From a virus, in IMG/VR virus record IMGVR_UViG_3300049049_000237, positions 127,682 through 191,681 of that record: a stretch of DNA of 64,000 nucleotides. The stretch is one strand, 5' to 3'. Under the pieces are notes generated by a model, which was given only the letters and a program-made list of their open reading frames with translations, did no database searches and had not been told where the DNA came from. Position numbers and translations under genes: made by a program. Each line of letters opens with the position of its first letter. The stretch's first letter is position 1. Below, one piece after another: positions 48,426 to 57,324 of this stretch.

Positions 48426-51400
48426 TCACGTCGGCGTTGCGGTCGCGGGGGCTGCCCCACCTTCCGTGGTCGTGAGGCGCTCGCGAAGGACGGTGTTGAT
48501 CTCGCCGAGGATGCGGATCTGCTCGCGGCCGACCGGATCGCGCGCAGTGGCCTGCGAGAGAGCTCGCTCCTGCTGCTCACGCGAGATGCGCTCGAAGTCG
48601 GCACCGTAGCGGCGCTGCGTGTCCTGGATGCGGCGTGCCTCGTCCTGCGAGACGCTCCCGTCGCTGTAGACGTCCGAGAGCGTACGGCGGATGTCGCCGG
48701 CAGCTTCACGGGACATGCCCTGCTGCGAGATGAGCTGCGACTCGAACTGCTCCAGCAGCGCACCGCGGTCCTCGGCCCGCATGCCGTTGCCGAGGAGCAT
48801 GTCGCCGATGCGGTTGCCGCGGACACGACGGCCGCGGAGCGAGAACTCCATGCTGCCGAGGCCGTTGCCGCTGAGCATCCCGAGCGCCGTCTCGCGCGAC
48901 TGACGCATGCCGCGGCGACCGTTGCCCATGAGGTCCTGACGCTGCTGGCGCGTCTGGGACATCTGCATCGCGAGCGATCGGGCCGTCTGGCGGTCCTCGT
49001 CGGTCGCTCCTTCGCTCAGCGACGTGAGCCGGGAGATCTCGGCCTGGAACTCCGAGTCGCCGAGGTCTGCTGCGTCGCTCACGAGCGTCTGGATGCCCTG
49101 GAAGGCATCGCCCACGTTCGTGAAGCTCGACAGGTCGGAGCCGATGTTGCCGAGCCCGGAGTCGAGGCGCGAGCCACGACCGATCATCTGCGCGATGCGG
49201 CTGTAGCTCCGCCCGAGCTGCTGCGTCTCGCGGATGTACGCGGTGCGCTCTTCCTCCGGGATCGTGACGTCGAGGAAGGCACGGCGTGCTTCCGGATCGT
49301 CCGTGTGGCGCAGGCGCTCGGCGTTCTCGGCAAGGCTCGTGAGGGCCGCACGCTGCGAAGCATCGGGCTCCGTCGTCGCGAGGGTGCGCAGGCGCTCGGC
49401 TGCGTTCGCTCTCGCCGTCGGGTCGTCCGACAAGAGCTGAGCCGTCGCTGCGCGCACGTCCGAGCGCCCCATCGTGGTGCGCATGACGTCGCCGCTGATG
49501 CTGGAGATGTCGGCTGCGCGGCCCGAGTACTCGCCCGCACGACCACCACCGCGAGCAGCGCGAGCTCGCATGTCGCGCGCCGCGCCACCGCCGCTCGCGA
49601 AGTAGTCGGCCGCCGACATGCGCCCGCGATCGCCCTGCGTGAGGTGGTCGTAGATCTCGCTGCGGAAGAGACCGCCCTCCTGCGATGCGCTCGACGCGAC
49701 ACCGAGGAGGCCGAGCCCGCCCGTGGCTCCTGCGACGATGCTCGCACCCACGCCGCGAAGCAGATCGCGCCCGACCATGCCGAGCGTGATGCCGCCGCCT
49801 TGTCCCGCCATCCGCATGTCGCTCGACGACAGCGTGAGCGGGTTCGTCATCCCGTTGCGAGCCATGTAGGCCGCGTACGCCGCACTCTGCGTCGGGTCGG
49901 CGTTGCCACCACCGCCCAGGAACGACATGAACTGACTCTCGTCGCCAGCGCCTCGGGCCGCCGACATCGCGCGCATGATCTGCGCCGTTGTGCGTCCGCG
50001 GTTCCCTTCGAGGCCCGAGAGCAACTCCGCCGAGCGACCCGACACGACGCCGGAACTCGCCAAGATCATCATGCGGCTCGCGCTCTCCATCTCCTCGGAG
50101 GAGAGACCCGCACCGCGATCGATCATCCCACCGCCGAAGTGGCTGCCGGCCCACGTGCGTCGACGCGTGCCCGCCATGCCTCCGCCGAAGCCGCTGGTGT
50201 CGAAGCCGAAGCGCTCCATGCGCTCGCCGACCGTGAGCCCCGTCTGGAGCAGACCGCGGCCGAAGCTCTCACGGCCCGACACCATGCGCGCACCTTCGCC
50301 GCTCGATGCGACGAGGTTCATCATCGCGAAGTCTTCCGAGCGACCCGCACCAACGCTCATGCGGCGGAACGAGGCGCGAGTGGTCGACGACATACTCTCG
50401 GAGGTGATGCCGAGGAGGTCGTTCATCGCGCGCTCGGCGAGCGACGACAGGCGCGTCGAGAACTCGCGACCGAGCTCTCGCGCTCTCGTCATGCCCGTGC
50501 GTTCCGACAGGCCGTGACCGAGCTCGCGCATGAACGCGTCGACGGAGCGGTGCTCGCGGATCTCGTTCCGCATCCCCTGTTCACGCGAGCTGTCGACGCG
50601 ATCGAACTGCTCCTGCTGCGCGATCTGTCCCTGGTTGCGCATCAGGGCCGTCATCATCTCGGCCTGCGGGCGGTTCATGCGGAAGCGACGCTGGAGCACG
50701 AGCGACGCGAGGTCGTCGCCCTGATCCATGACGCGATCGCCAACCATCATGCGCATCATGCCGATCTGGCCGGAGATGCCGCCCTGCTCCATCAGGGCTC
50801 CACGCAGCAGACCTTCGCGGTTGATCGCGCGAGCGCGACCCATGTGCCCGACGTTGCCGTGCGCCATGCGCGACAGCTCGCCGACACCGATGTCGCCCAT
50901 CTGGAAGCGCATGAGCGCTCCCTCGTCGAGCCCAGTGCCCGACCGGTTCGACATCCCGAAGATGCTGTAGCGGCCCATCGCACGACGGCTGAACTGGCCG
51001 GTGCGCTGCATCATGTCGCCGACGAACGCCTGCATGGCGTCCGAGCCGGTGAGGCCGCCCGTCGCCTCCGAGAGCATCGACTCGGAGATCATCCCGCCCT
51101 GAAGGGCAGACGAGACGGTGCTCAGGCCGCGCAGAGCACCGAAGGCGCCCTGGTTGCCGTTGCCGCCGAAGGCACGCGAGATCTGCGCGCCCTGCGTGGC
51201 CATCTGCATGAGCTGTCCCTGGTCGAACCCAGTGGACGCGCTCACCTCGCGGATCGTCGATGCGAAGCGCATCCGATCGGCGTTCTGGAAGATGCCGGCC
51301 TGCCGGCTCTGGTTCACGAACTGGAGCGCTTCCTGAAGCGACCCGCCGAGCTCGCGCTGCACGGACTTCAGCGTGTTGAGCATCTCGCGGAAGCGACGCC

Positions 51401-52157
51401 CGAAGTCCTGCACGTCTCGGACGCCCGAGAACATGCCCATCTGCGCGCCGCCGCCGATGAGCCCGTTGAGCTCGCCCGCGGAGGTGAAGACGTTGGAGCG
51501 CAGCTCCTGCGAGATCATCCCGCCGATCGCGCCCATCTGCGACTGGTTGAAGCCGCGACCGAAGGCGCCCTGACCGCCGAGGAAGTTGAAGTTCTGTCGG
51601 AGGGTGGAGTTCAGGGCCATCTGGTCCTGCATCCCGCCCATGAAGTTGCGAGCGAGCCCACCAGCCCACTGCGCACCCGCGTACATCGGCAGCGCTACTG
51701 CGCCCGCAGCAAGACCACCGGCGGCGAGCCCACCGAGCCCGCCACCAGCCATGCCGAACGCACCCATGCCGGCACGCATCGACAGGCCGACCGGATCGAG
51801 CATCGCCATGCCCGCACCGATCGGACCGCCGATGAGACCGAGGCTGCCCGCAGCGCCGAGCATGCCCATGCCCGCGCCCGCCATCCCGAACGCGTTGTGC
51901 CCGAAGCTCGCAACACGACCGGCGAAGTGGTCGCCGTACGCACCGGCAGTCGGGCCACCCATGTACCCGCCGTGCCCGCGCATCACCCCCATCATCGTCG
52001 GCGGTGGGGGAGGCGGCATCGCCGGCATCGCCATCGGGGGCGGCCCGCCCGTCATCCCGCCTGCGTACGAGATCTGGGCCGAATATGCGTTCATCCCCGA
52101 GAACATCGAGTTCTGCGAGGAGATGCTCTGGCTGATCCAGGACGACGGAAAGACCAC
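48426..52157 (-). CDS. Tape-measure-like protein
   Basis: 1243 aa, helical, G/A/M/R-rich with hydrophobic stretches, upstream of hub/baseplate genes. Confidence 0.72.
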   Translation of the reverse strand: MVFPSSWISQSISSQNSMFSGMNAYSAQISYAGGMTGGPPPMAMPAMPPPPPPTMMGVMRGHGGYMGGPTAGAYGDHFAGRVASFGHNAFGMAGAGMGMLGAAGSLGLIGGPIGAGMAMLDPVGLSMRAGMGAFGMAGGGLGGLAAGGLAAGAVALPMYAGAQWAGGLARNFMGGMQDQMALNSTLRQNFNFLGGQGAFGRGFNQSQMGAIGGMISQELRSNVFTSAGELNGLIGGGAQMGMFSGVRDVQDFGRRFREMLNTLKSVQRELGGSLQEALQFVNQSRQAGIFQNADRMRFASTIREVSASTGFDQGQLMQMATQGAQISRAFGGNGNQGAFGALRGLSTVSSALQGGMISESMLSEATGGLTGSDAMQAFVGDMMQRTGQFSRRAMGRYSIFGMSNRSGTGLDEGALMRFQMGDIGVGELSRMAHGNVGHMGRARAINREGLLRGALMEQGGISGQIGMMRMMVGDRVMDQGDDLASLVLQRRFRMNRPQAEMMTALMRNQGQIAQQEQFDRVDSSREQGMRNEIREHRSVDAFMRELGHGLSERTGMTRARELGREFSTRLSSLAERAMNDLLGITSESMSSTTRASFRRMSVGAGRSEDFAMMNLVASSGEGARMVSGRESFGRGLLQTGLTVGERMERFGFDTSGFGGGMAGTRRRTWAGSHFGGGMIDRGAGLSSEEMESASRMMILASSGVVSGRSAELLSGLEGNRGRTTAQIMRAMSAARGAGDESQFMSFLGGGGNADPTQSAAYAAYMARNGMTNPLTLSSSDMRMAGQGGGITLGMVGRDLLRGVGASIVAGATGGLGLLGVASSASQEGGLFRSEIYDHLTQGDRGRMSAADYFASGGGAARDMRARAARGGGRAGEYSGRAADISSISGDVMRTTMGRSDVRAATAQLLSDDPTARANAAERLRTLATTEPDASQRAALTSLAENAERLRHTDDPEARRAFLDVTIPEEERTAYIRETQQLGRSYSRIAQMIGRGSRLDSGLGNIGSDLSSFTNVGDAFQGIQTLVSDAADLGDSEFQAEISRLTSLSEGATDEDRQTARSLAMQMSQTRQQRQDLMGNGRRGMRQSRETALGMLSGNGLGSMEFSLRGRRVRGNRIGDMLLGNGMRAEDRGALLEQFESQLISQQGMSREAAGDIRRTLSDVYSDGSVSQDEARRIQDTQRRYGADFERISREQQERALSQATARDPVGREQIRILGEINTVLRERLTTTEGGAAPATATPT

Positions 52158-52221
52158 GGCGCGAGTCTACTCTAGTTTCCTATCAGGGTCGCGGGTTCCC
52201 CATCCCCCAACACGGAGGAGC

Positions 52222-52440
52222 ATGAGCGACACGAGGACGGACAAGGAGAAGGCTACGCACGCGGATGTGGCGAACGTGTTGGAGCACACGGCCACGATGA
52301 TCCGCAAGGGCGCGGTGAACGCGCTCAACATCGAGTGGACTGGCGGCGATATGTCGGTGAAGATGGCGCTGCGAGCGGACACGGATAACATCCAGCTCTG
52401 CCTCGACTTCAACCTGACCAAGGAGCCCGCCAGTGAGTGA
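52222..52440 (+). CDS. Small hypothetical protein
   Basis: GGAGG SD, MSDTRTDK... Confidence 0.68.
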   Translation: MSDTRTDKEKATHADVANVLEHTATMIRKGAVNALNIEWTGGDMSVKMALRADTDNIQLCLDFNLTKEPASE

Positions 52441-52786
52441 GCAGAACGAGACGCCGCAGCAGACGCCGCCCGTGGCGAAGCCGAAGATCACCCCGACGTC
52501 GATGTTGTCGCTCGGCGGCATCGACGTCCTGGTGATGAAGGTCGAGACCGAGGATGGGTCCGACTTCTACGCCGCGCCGCGCCGGAGGGTCACGAAGCCG
52601 GGAGAGGACCCGTCGGTCATCCCGGTCGGGCAGCTCCCCATCCTGATCAAGCTGCTGGAGGAGATCACGACGCCCGCGATCTCGATGCGCCAGTTCCAGC
52701 CCCCGACGCCGCCCCCGCCGACGAATCCCGTCGCAGCCACGGTGATGGCGAAGAAGACCAAGTCCAAGAAGGACAAGAAGAAGTGA
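52433..52786 (+). CDS. Hypothetical protein with Lys-rich tail
   Basis: AAGGAG SD, overlaps neighbours. Confidence 0.7.
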   Translation: MSEQNETPQQTPPVAKPKITPTSMLSLGGIDVLVMKVETEDGSDFYAAPRRRVTKPGEDPSVIPVGQLPILIKLLEEITTPAISMRQFQPPTPPPPTNPVAATVMAKKTKSKKDKKK

Positions 52787-53448
52787 TGACGAAGAGGATC
52801 ATCGCCTTCTGCGGTCTGGCGGGTTCGGGCAAGGACACGGCCTGCGATTACCTCGTCGACCGCGACTACAAGAAGATCTCCTTTGCCTCCCCGCTGAAGC
52901 AGATGGCGAAGATCGCCTTCGGCTTCACCGACGAGCAGCTCTACGGGTCGAGCTCGAAGCGCGAAGAGCAGGACCTTCGCTACCCGTTCAGCGGCATCTG
53001 CGTCGCCTGCGGCAAGCAGTGTTCGATGCGCAAGGACGACACGAAGGTCTGGGAGTGCTTCTCGTGCATGCGGGAGTACCCGATGTTCGTGAGCGCTCGC
53101 CTCGCGCTCCAGACGCTCGGCACCGAGTGGGGCCGTCGCTTGACCAGCGACCTCTGGGCGCAGGCCGCGGTCAACCAGATCCTCGCCTCCGATTACAACC
53201 TGTGGTGCATCAGCGACCTGCGCTTCAAGAACGAGATGAAGGCAGTGCGCGACGCAGGAGGAGTCGTCGTGCGTCTGATGCGCGGCAAGGCGATGCACAA
53301 CCACGCATCTGAGCAGGAGCTGCTGTCGATCCCCGTGTCGGAGTTCGACTGGGTCATCCACAACCACGGTGACCTCGCCGACCTCTACATGGCTCTCGAC
53401 AGCATCCTCGACCACATCGCCGTTCACGCCAGGGTCACTGGAAGATGA
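52783..53448 (+). CDS. Deoxynucleoside monophosphate kinase with Zn-ribbon insertion
   Basis: GLAGSGKDT, FASPLK, R..LQTLGTEWGR, SDLRF.NE, HASE; CVAC...CFSC insert. Confidence 0.9.
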   Translation: MMTKRIIAFCGLAGSGKDTACDYLVDRDYKKISFASPLKQMAKIAFGFTDEQLYGSSSKREEQDLRYPFSGICVACGKQCSMRKDDTKVWECFSCMREYPMFVSARLALQTLGTEWGRRLTSDLWAQAAVNQILASDYNLWCISDLRFKNEMKAVRDAGGVVVRLMRGKAMHNHASEQELLSIPVSEFDWVIHNHGDLADLYMALDSILDHIAVHARVTGR

Positions 53449-53801
53449 TCTACAACCTCCCGAAGATCCGCCGCACCGTTCTGGTCGAGAGCCCGTACAA
53501 GGCTCCGACGCTGGAAGGGATCGAGCGCAACGTGCGCTACGTGCGCGCGGCCATGCTCGACTGCTTGCGACGAGGTGAAGCCCCGTTCGCCTCGCACGCG
53601 CTCTACACGCAGGTCCTCGACGACGGGACGCCCGAAGAGCGTGCTCTGGGTATCGCCGCCGGTCTGGAGCTCGGAGACCGTCTCGACATCACCGCGGTCT
53701 ACACGGACCTCGGCATCAGCGACGGGATGAACCTCGGCATCGCTCGCGCGCAGGCCAAGGGCCGTCCGATCGAATACCGCTCGATCGGATTCAACTTCTA
53801 G
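53445..53801 (+). CDS. Nucleoside 2-deoxyribosyltransferase-fold-like protein
   Basis: VLVESPY, APFASH.LY.Q.LDD, GIS.GM motifs of a common phage family. Confidence 0.6.
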   Translation: MIYNLPKIRRTVLVESPYKAPTLEGIERNVRYVRAAMLDCLRRGEAPFASHALYTQVLDDGTPEERALGIAAGLELGDRLDITAVYTDLGISDGMNLGIARAQAKGRPIEYRSIGFNF

Positions 53802-53809
53802 TAGTAGTC

Positions 53810-53831
53810 TTTCGCCTATCAACAAGAAGAA
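53810..53831 (+). promoter_or_regulatory. CCTATCA-class putative promoter (repeat copy 1)
   Basis: TTTCGCCTATCAACAAGA, identical over 18 bp to 55041-55058. Confidence 0.65.
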
Positions 53832-53870
53832 GAGCAGAAGCTCTTCACGTTCCTGGGAGACAGAAAGAAC

Positions 53871-54809
53871 ATGAACTTCAAGACCCGCGAGCAGTTCGAG
53901 GCGCTCACGCGCGATGGGATGTTCGTCGAGCTCAGCCGTGTGAGCTCCGCCCTCAGCAAGGGCAAGAGCCGCGCGAAGAAGGAGGAGCTCATCAAGCTCT
54001 ACGAGCAGGCGCGCTCGGAGTCGACGGCGGCGGACACGGTGCCTCCGTCGGACGCCGACGTGCCCCCGCTGCCCGAGCTCAACCTGGCAGGTGTCCAGAC
54101 CGGACGCCTCCAGTCGAAGGAGCCGAACCTCTCCAACACGCCGAAGCCGGACTACGCGTTCAGCGACGACGTGAAGGAGGCGATGAAGCCGCAGCCCGTC
54201 CCCGTCATCATGGAGGACGAGGTTACCGGCGAGGTGAAGTCGTTCAGCAGCCCGCGTGAGGCGATGGCGGCGGTCATCGCTGCGCGCGGGGAGTCGGCCA
54301 CGGCAGACCTCCGCCGCCCCGGTACGGGCGGCGTGTACGGCACGATCGAGGACGGCCCGGAGCTGGAGGTGCCGAACGTCGGTCAGTCGCCGCTCGATCC
54401 GCCGGCCCTCCCGGGGCTCGAAGGCATGGACGAGCCGATGGTCCCCGTGAACCCGGCCATGCCCATGCTGGCGCTGGAGGACGGCGCGGTCCTGAACCTC
54501 CCGCCGCGGGTCGAGGAGCGGAAGTTCATCTTCAAGGACGGCGAGGACCGTCCGCTCACCGACAAGCAGAAGTACCTGCTCACGAGTGCGGAGCAGGCCT
54601 TCGATCGCTTCCGCCAGAACCCGGCGGACAAGCACGCGAAGAAGGAGTTCGAGTCCTTCGCCTTCTCGCTGAAGAGCACGGGCATCCTGCTCAACCCGAA
54701 GTACTTCGAGGCCCTGAAGCAGGGGCGTGACGCGGTTCGCGACTTTCGTCGCAAGGCCCGTTCCGGCGTCGACATCGAGGCCGCGACGGAGAAGCCGGCT
54801 CGCGCGTGA
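53871..54809 (+). CDS. Hypothetical protein with Pro/Glu-rich disordered centre
   Basis: 312-aa ORF after the promoter motif. Confidence 0.75.
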   Translation: MNFKTREQFEALTRDGMFVELSRVSSALSKGKSRAKKEELIKLYEQARSESTAADTVPPSDADVPPLPELNLAGVQTGRLQSKEPNLSNTPKPDYAFSDDVKEAMKPQPVPVIMEDEVTGEVKSFSSPREAMAAVIAARGESATADLRRPGTGGVYGTIEDGPELEVPNVGQSPLDPPALPGLEGMDEPMVPVNPAMPMLALEDGAVLNLPPRVEERKFIFKDGEDRPLTDKQKYLLTSAEQAFDRFRQNPADKHAKKEFESFAFSLKSTGILLNPKYFEALKQGRDAVRDFRRKARSGVDIEAATEKPARA

Positions 54810-54991
54810 CGCCGTACGGGAGCTGCCCCACCTGCGGGTGTGCTCGGTCCGAATGCGAGTGCCGGGACCGGGCGAAGCAGGTGCAGGTGATGGAGCTCAA
54901 GAACCCGAGGCGCGTAGGCGCCGAAGACTTCATGGGCTTCGACGAACTCGCGGTGGCTAGCGGCGCGCTCCTCGCGCGCTTGCGAGCCTGA
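54806..54991 (+). CDS. Small Cys-rich protein
   Basis: GTGA coupling; CPTCGC...CEC. Confidence 0.6.
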   Translation: MTPYGSCPTCGCARSECECRDRAKQVQVMELKNPRRVGAEDFMGFDELAVASGALLARLRA

Positions 54992-54996
54992 GAACG

Positions 54997-55038
54997 GAGG
55001 AGAGGCGGGCGGCTATGCTGCCCGCTTCTTCTTTTTGC
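54997..55038 (+). terminator. Intrinsic terminator
   Basis: GAGGCGGGCGGC-TAT-GCTGCCCGCTTC then TTCTTTTTGC. Confidence 0.8.
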
Positions 55039-55040
55039 AT

Positions 55041-55062
55041 TTTCGCCTATCAACAAGATGAA
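55041..55062 (+). promoter_or_regulatory. CCTATCA-class putative promoter (repeat copy 2)
   Basis: TTTCGCCTATCAACAAGATGAA directly after a terminator. Confidence 0.65.
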
Positions 55063-55077
55063 CAGGAGGAAGACTCA

Positions 55078-55578
55078 ATGAGCACACGAATCGATCCCGA
55101 AGGCATCGAGATGCGGTACGGCGTGGCGGCAGCGCTTCGCGGCGACGTGCTGATGCTGGTCTGCTACGGGCGCATCACGCCGGAGAGCTGGCGGTGGCAG
55201 CGCATGCTCATCGAGCAGGCGCACGAGCAGACGAAGGGTTCGATCATCCTGGCGAGCGTGATTCATCCCGAGTCGGGCACGCCCGACATCACGCTCTCGC
55301 GGCAGATGAAGGACGACTTCATCGCGTTCGAGAAGAAGATCAGGCGCTTCGTGGTGGCCTCGGTGCGCGACGGCATCTTCGCCCGAAGCGTCCGAGCCAT
55401 CGTGCGCGGCGCGATGGTGATGTCGAAGCAACCCGGCTTGCAGGTCTTCTGCGAGGACCTCAGCAACTGCGTCACCCTCATCCGCGAGCATGCTTCCGAG
55501 CGGACCCCGTCGGACCGCGAGCTCCGCGAGGCGCTCGGGATGCTGCACGACAAGCTCAAGGTTCCCACCCCTTCCTGA
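55078..55578 (+). CDS. STAS/SEC14-like (SpoIIAA-like) domain protein
   Basis: AGGAGG SD; G..AR.VR.IV.G pattern recalls a family expanded in myxobacteria. Confidence 0.55.
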   Translation: MSTRIDPEGIEMRYGVAAALRGDVLMLVCYGRITPESWRWQRMLIEQAHEQTKGSIILASVIHPESGTPDITLSRQMKDDFIAFEKKIRRFVVASVRDGIFARSVRAIVRGAMVMSKQPGLQVFCEDLSNCVTLIREHASERTPSDRELREALGMLHDKLKVPTPS

Positions 55579-55586
55579 AGGACAAC

Positions 55587-56258
55587 ATGAACATGAACAA
55601 GATGTCCAACCGCGACAAGCTCATCCTGAATCACGAGACCATCAAGGCCAGCGCGGCGTTCGCGAAGGATGCCTGGTACTCCTTCGTGTGGGAGATGACC
55701 TCCCGAGCGAAAGCGCTATACGACGAGCTCGTGCTGGGCACGCCGCAGATGACCCCGACCGAGCTCGGGACTCTGCTCCGCACCATCACGAGTGGGCAGC
55801 CCCTCTACGCAATCGACATCACCCCGCGGGGCGAGAAGCTCGCGTTCCTGGCGTTCGCCTACGTCCTGCGGAAGGACGAAGCGCAGATCCGGGAGTGGGC
55901 CGAGACGGCGATGCTCCTCCACTTCCCGCGCGAGGACATCTTCGACTTGATGCTCTCCTTGCACTTCGGCCTGACGCCGACTGCGTTCACCAAGGAGACC
56001 TACGAGCTCGCGCAGCATCACTTCGTGCGCTGGCTGGGGGAGTTCCCTCCGGACGAGCTCGCCGCGACGGCGGTGGAGTTCGACGGCAAGCGCTACCTCG
56101 TGCACACCGCGCACGTCCGGCCGGATCAGCCGCCGGTGTTCACGGTCGAGGGTCCGGACGGCTTCCGGCAGACGTGGGCCCAGAAGATGGACTGCATCGC
56201 CGCAGCGATGGACCACGCACGCGACGGCACGGTCGTCAGCGTGCACGACGAGGGATGA
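55587..56258 (+). CDS. Hypothetical protein
   Basis: AAGGA SD, MNMNKMS... Confidence 0.72.
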   Translation: MNMNKMSNRDKLILNHETIKASAAFAKDAWYSFVWEMTSRAKALYDELVLGTPQMTPTELGTLLRTITSGQPLYAIDITPRGEKLAFLAFAYVLRKDEAQIREWAETAMLLHFPREDIFDLMLSLHFGLTPTAFTKETYELAQHHFVRWLGEFPPDELAATAVEFDGKRYLVHTAHVRPDQPPVFTVEGPDGFRQTWAQKMDCIAAAMDHARDGTVVSVHDEG

Positions 56259-56635
56259 CGATGAGAGCACGCATCAAGATGAGCGTCGCGTGTCAGGTCG
56301 GCGAGATCTGGTACCGACTGAGGAAGACCGACGAGTTCAAGAGCCACCCCGGACGCACCTGCGAGAACTGGCTCGACAACACCACGGTCGAGTTCAACGA
56401 GGTGAAGATCCTCGGCGTGCTCAGCTCGGACATGGTGACGGAAGCTCGGCTCATCCCCGAGCCTGGCCCGGACAGGGTCGTCGCCGAGCTCCCTCGCGAG
56501 ACGATCCTCGACAAGGATCGATGGGTCGTGGTCTGCCGAGCATGTGCAGAAGCCGGCATCCAAGAAGGGTGGCTGGAGCTGCCCAAGAAGAAGACCGATG
56601 ACCAGCCGGCAGCGACGCAAGACGAACAGGGCTGA
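56255..56635 (+). CDS. Hypothetical protein with Cys pairs
   Basis: ATGA coupling. Confidence 0.68.
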   Translation: MTMRARIKMSVACQVGEIWYRLRKTDEFKSHPGRTCENWLDNTTVEFNEVKILGVLSSDMVTEARLIPEPGPDRVVAELPRETILDKDRWVVVCRACAEAGIQEGWLELPKKKTDDQPAATQDEQG

Positions 56636-56777
56636 GCTACTCGAAGCGCGCAGCGAGAGCCGCGCAGCGAAGCGCTCGAAGTACGGAGCCAAGAAGTTCG
56701 AGAAGGAGCACGGCCGTCCGCCCGATCCCCAGGCGGAAGCCAAGGCCAAGGTCCGCACTCGAACGAAGCAGACGTGA
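56598..56777 (+). CDS. Small basic protein
   Basis: MTSRQRRK...; ends at the terminator. Confidence 0.5.
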   Translation: MTSRQRRKTNRAELLEARSESRAAKRSKYGAKKFEKEHGRPPDPQAEAKAKVRTRTKQT

Positions 56778-56779
56778 AC

Positions 56780-56820
56780 GAAGAAGACCCCGAGGCGTCA
56801 GCCCCGAGGTCTTCTTTTGC
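56780..56820. terminator. Terminator between convergent operons
   Basis: AAGAAGACC...GGTCTTCTT hairpin with TTTTGC tail. Confidence 0.72.
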
Positions 56821-56833
56821 CCATCGAGCGAGC

Positions 56834-57097
56834 TCACTTCTTCGCGCGCTGGCTCGCCTTCTTCTCCAGCGTCTTGGCGACGCCCTCGATGGCCGACTTC
56901 ACCGTCGCCTCGCACGCGGCGCAGAGGTAGCGGTAGGCGACGACGACCTTCCCCTCGACCTCGACCTTGTACTTCGGCGCGGACTCCTTCGCGTTCGACT
57001 TGAACTTGCCGCTCGCGATGTCTTCGACCGAGATGGGGATCTCTTGGACTGCGGGGCAGCGCTCGCACGAGCGCTTCATCACGATACTGTCGCTCAC
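56834..57097 (-). CDS. Small Zn-binding protein
   Basis: CERC...LCAAC. Confidence 0.72.
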   Translation of the reverse strand: MSDSIVMKRSCERCPAVQEIPISVEDIASGKFKSNAKESAPKYKVEVEGKVVVAYRYLCAACEATVKSAIEGVAKTLEKKASQRAKK

Positions 57098-57324
57098 GTC
57101 TGGTTCTCCTGGTTCTCCCGGGCGTAGATGAGGAACCCCTTGAGGAGGCCTCGTTCGGGAGTGGCCAGCGGATCGGGGTTCAGGCCCGCGGCGCGCTGGC
57201 GTTCCATGACGTGACGCTCGAACCGAGCGATCTCACCGTCGAGCAACGAGTTGAGCTGCTCCTTGGTGGGATGCTCGATCGGGGGCTCAATCAGGACGCG
57301 AACCTTGAGCGCGGGTCTTTCCAC
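57094..57324 (-). CDS. Small hypothetical protein
   Basis: GTG after AAGGGA, coupled to next gene. Confidence 0.6.
   Translation of the reverse strand: MERPALKVRVLIEPPIEHPTKEQLNSLLDGEIARFERHVMERQRAAGLNPDPLATPERGLLKGFLIYARENQENQT

Noticed and set aside
53799-53807. Triple TAG as evidence of stop-codon reassignment
   Set aside because: Genes end normally in TAG, TGA and TAA, long ORFs are intact in code 11, and no suppressor tRNA is seen.
55058-55081. Mini-ORF MNRRKTQ as a second leader peptide
   Set aside because: The AGG AGG codons are simply the SD of the next gene, and no downstream attenuator hairpins are present.
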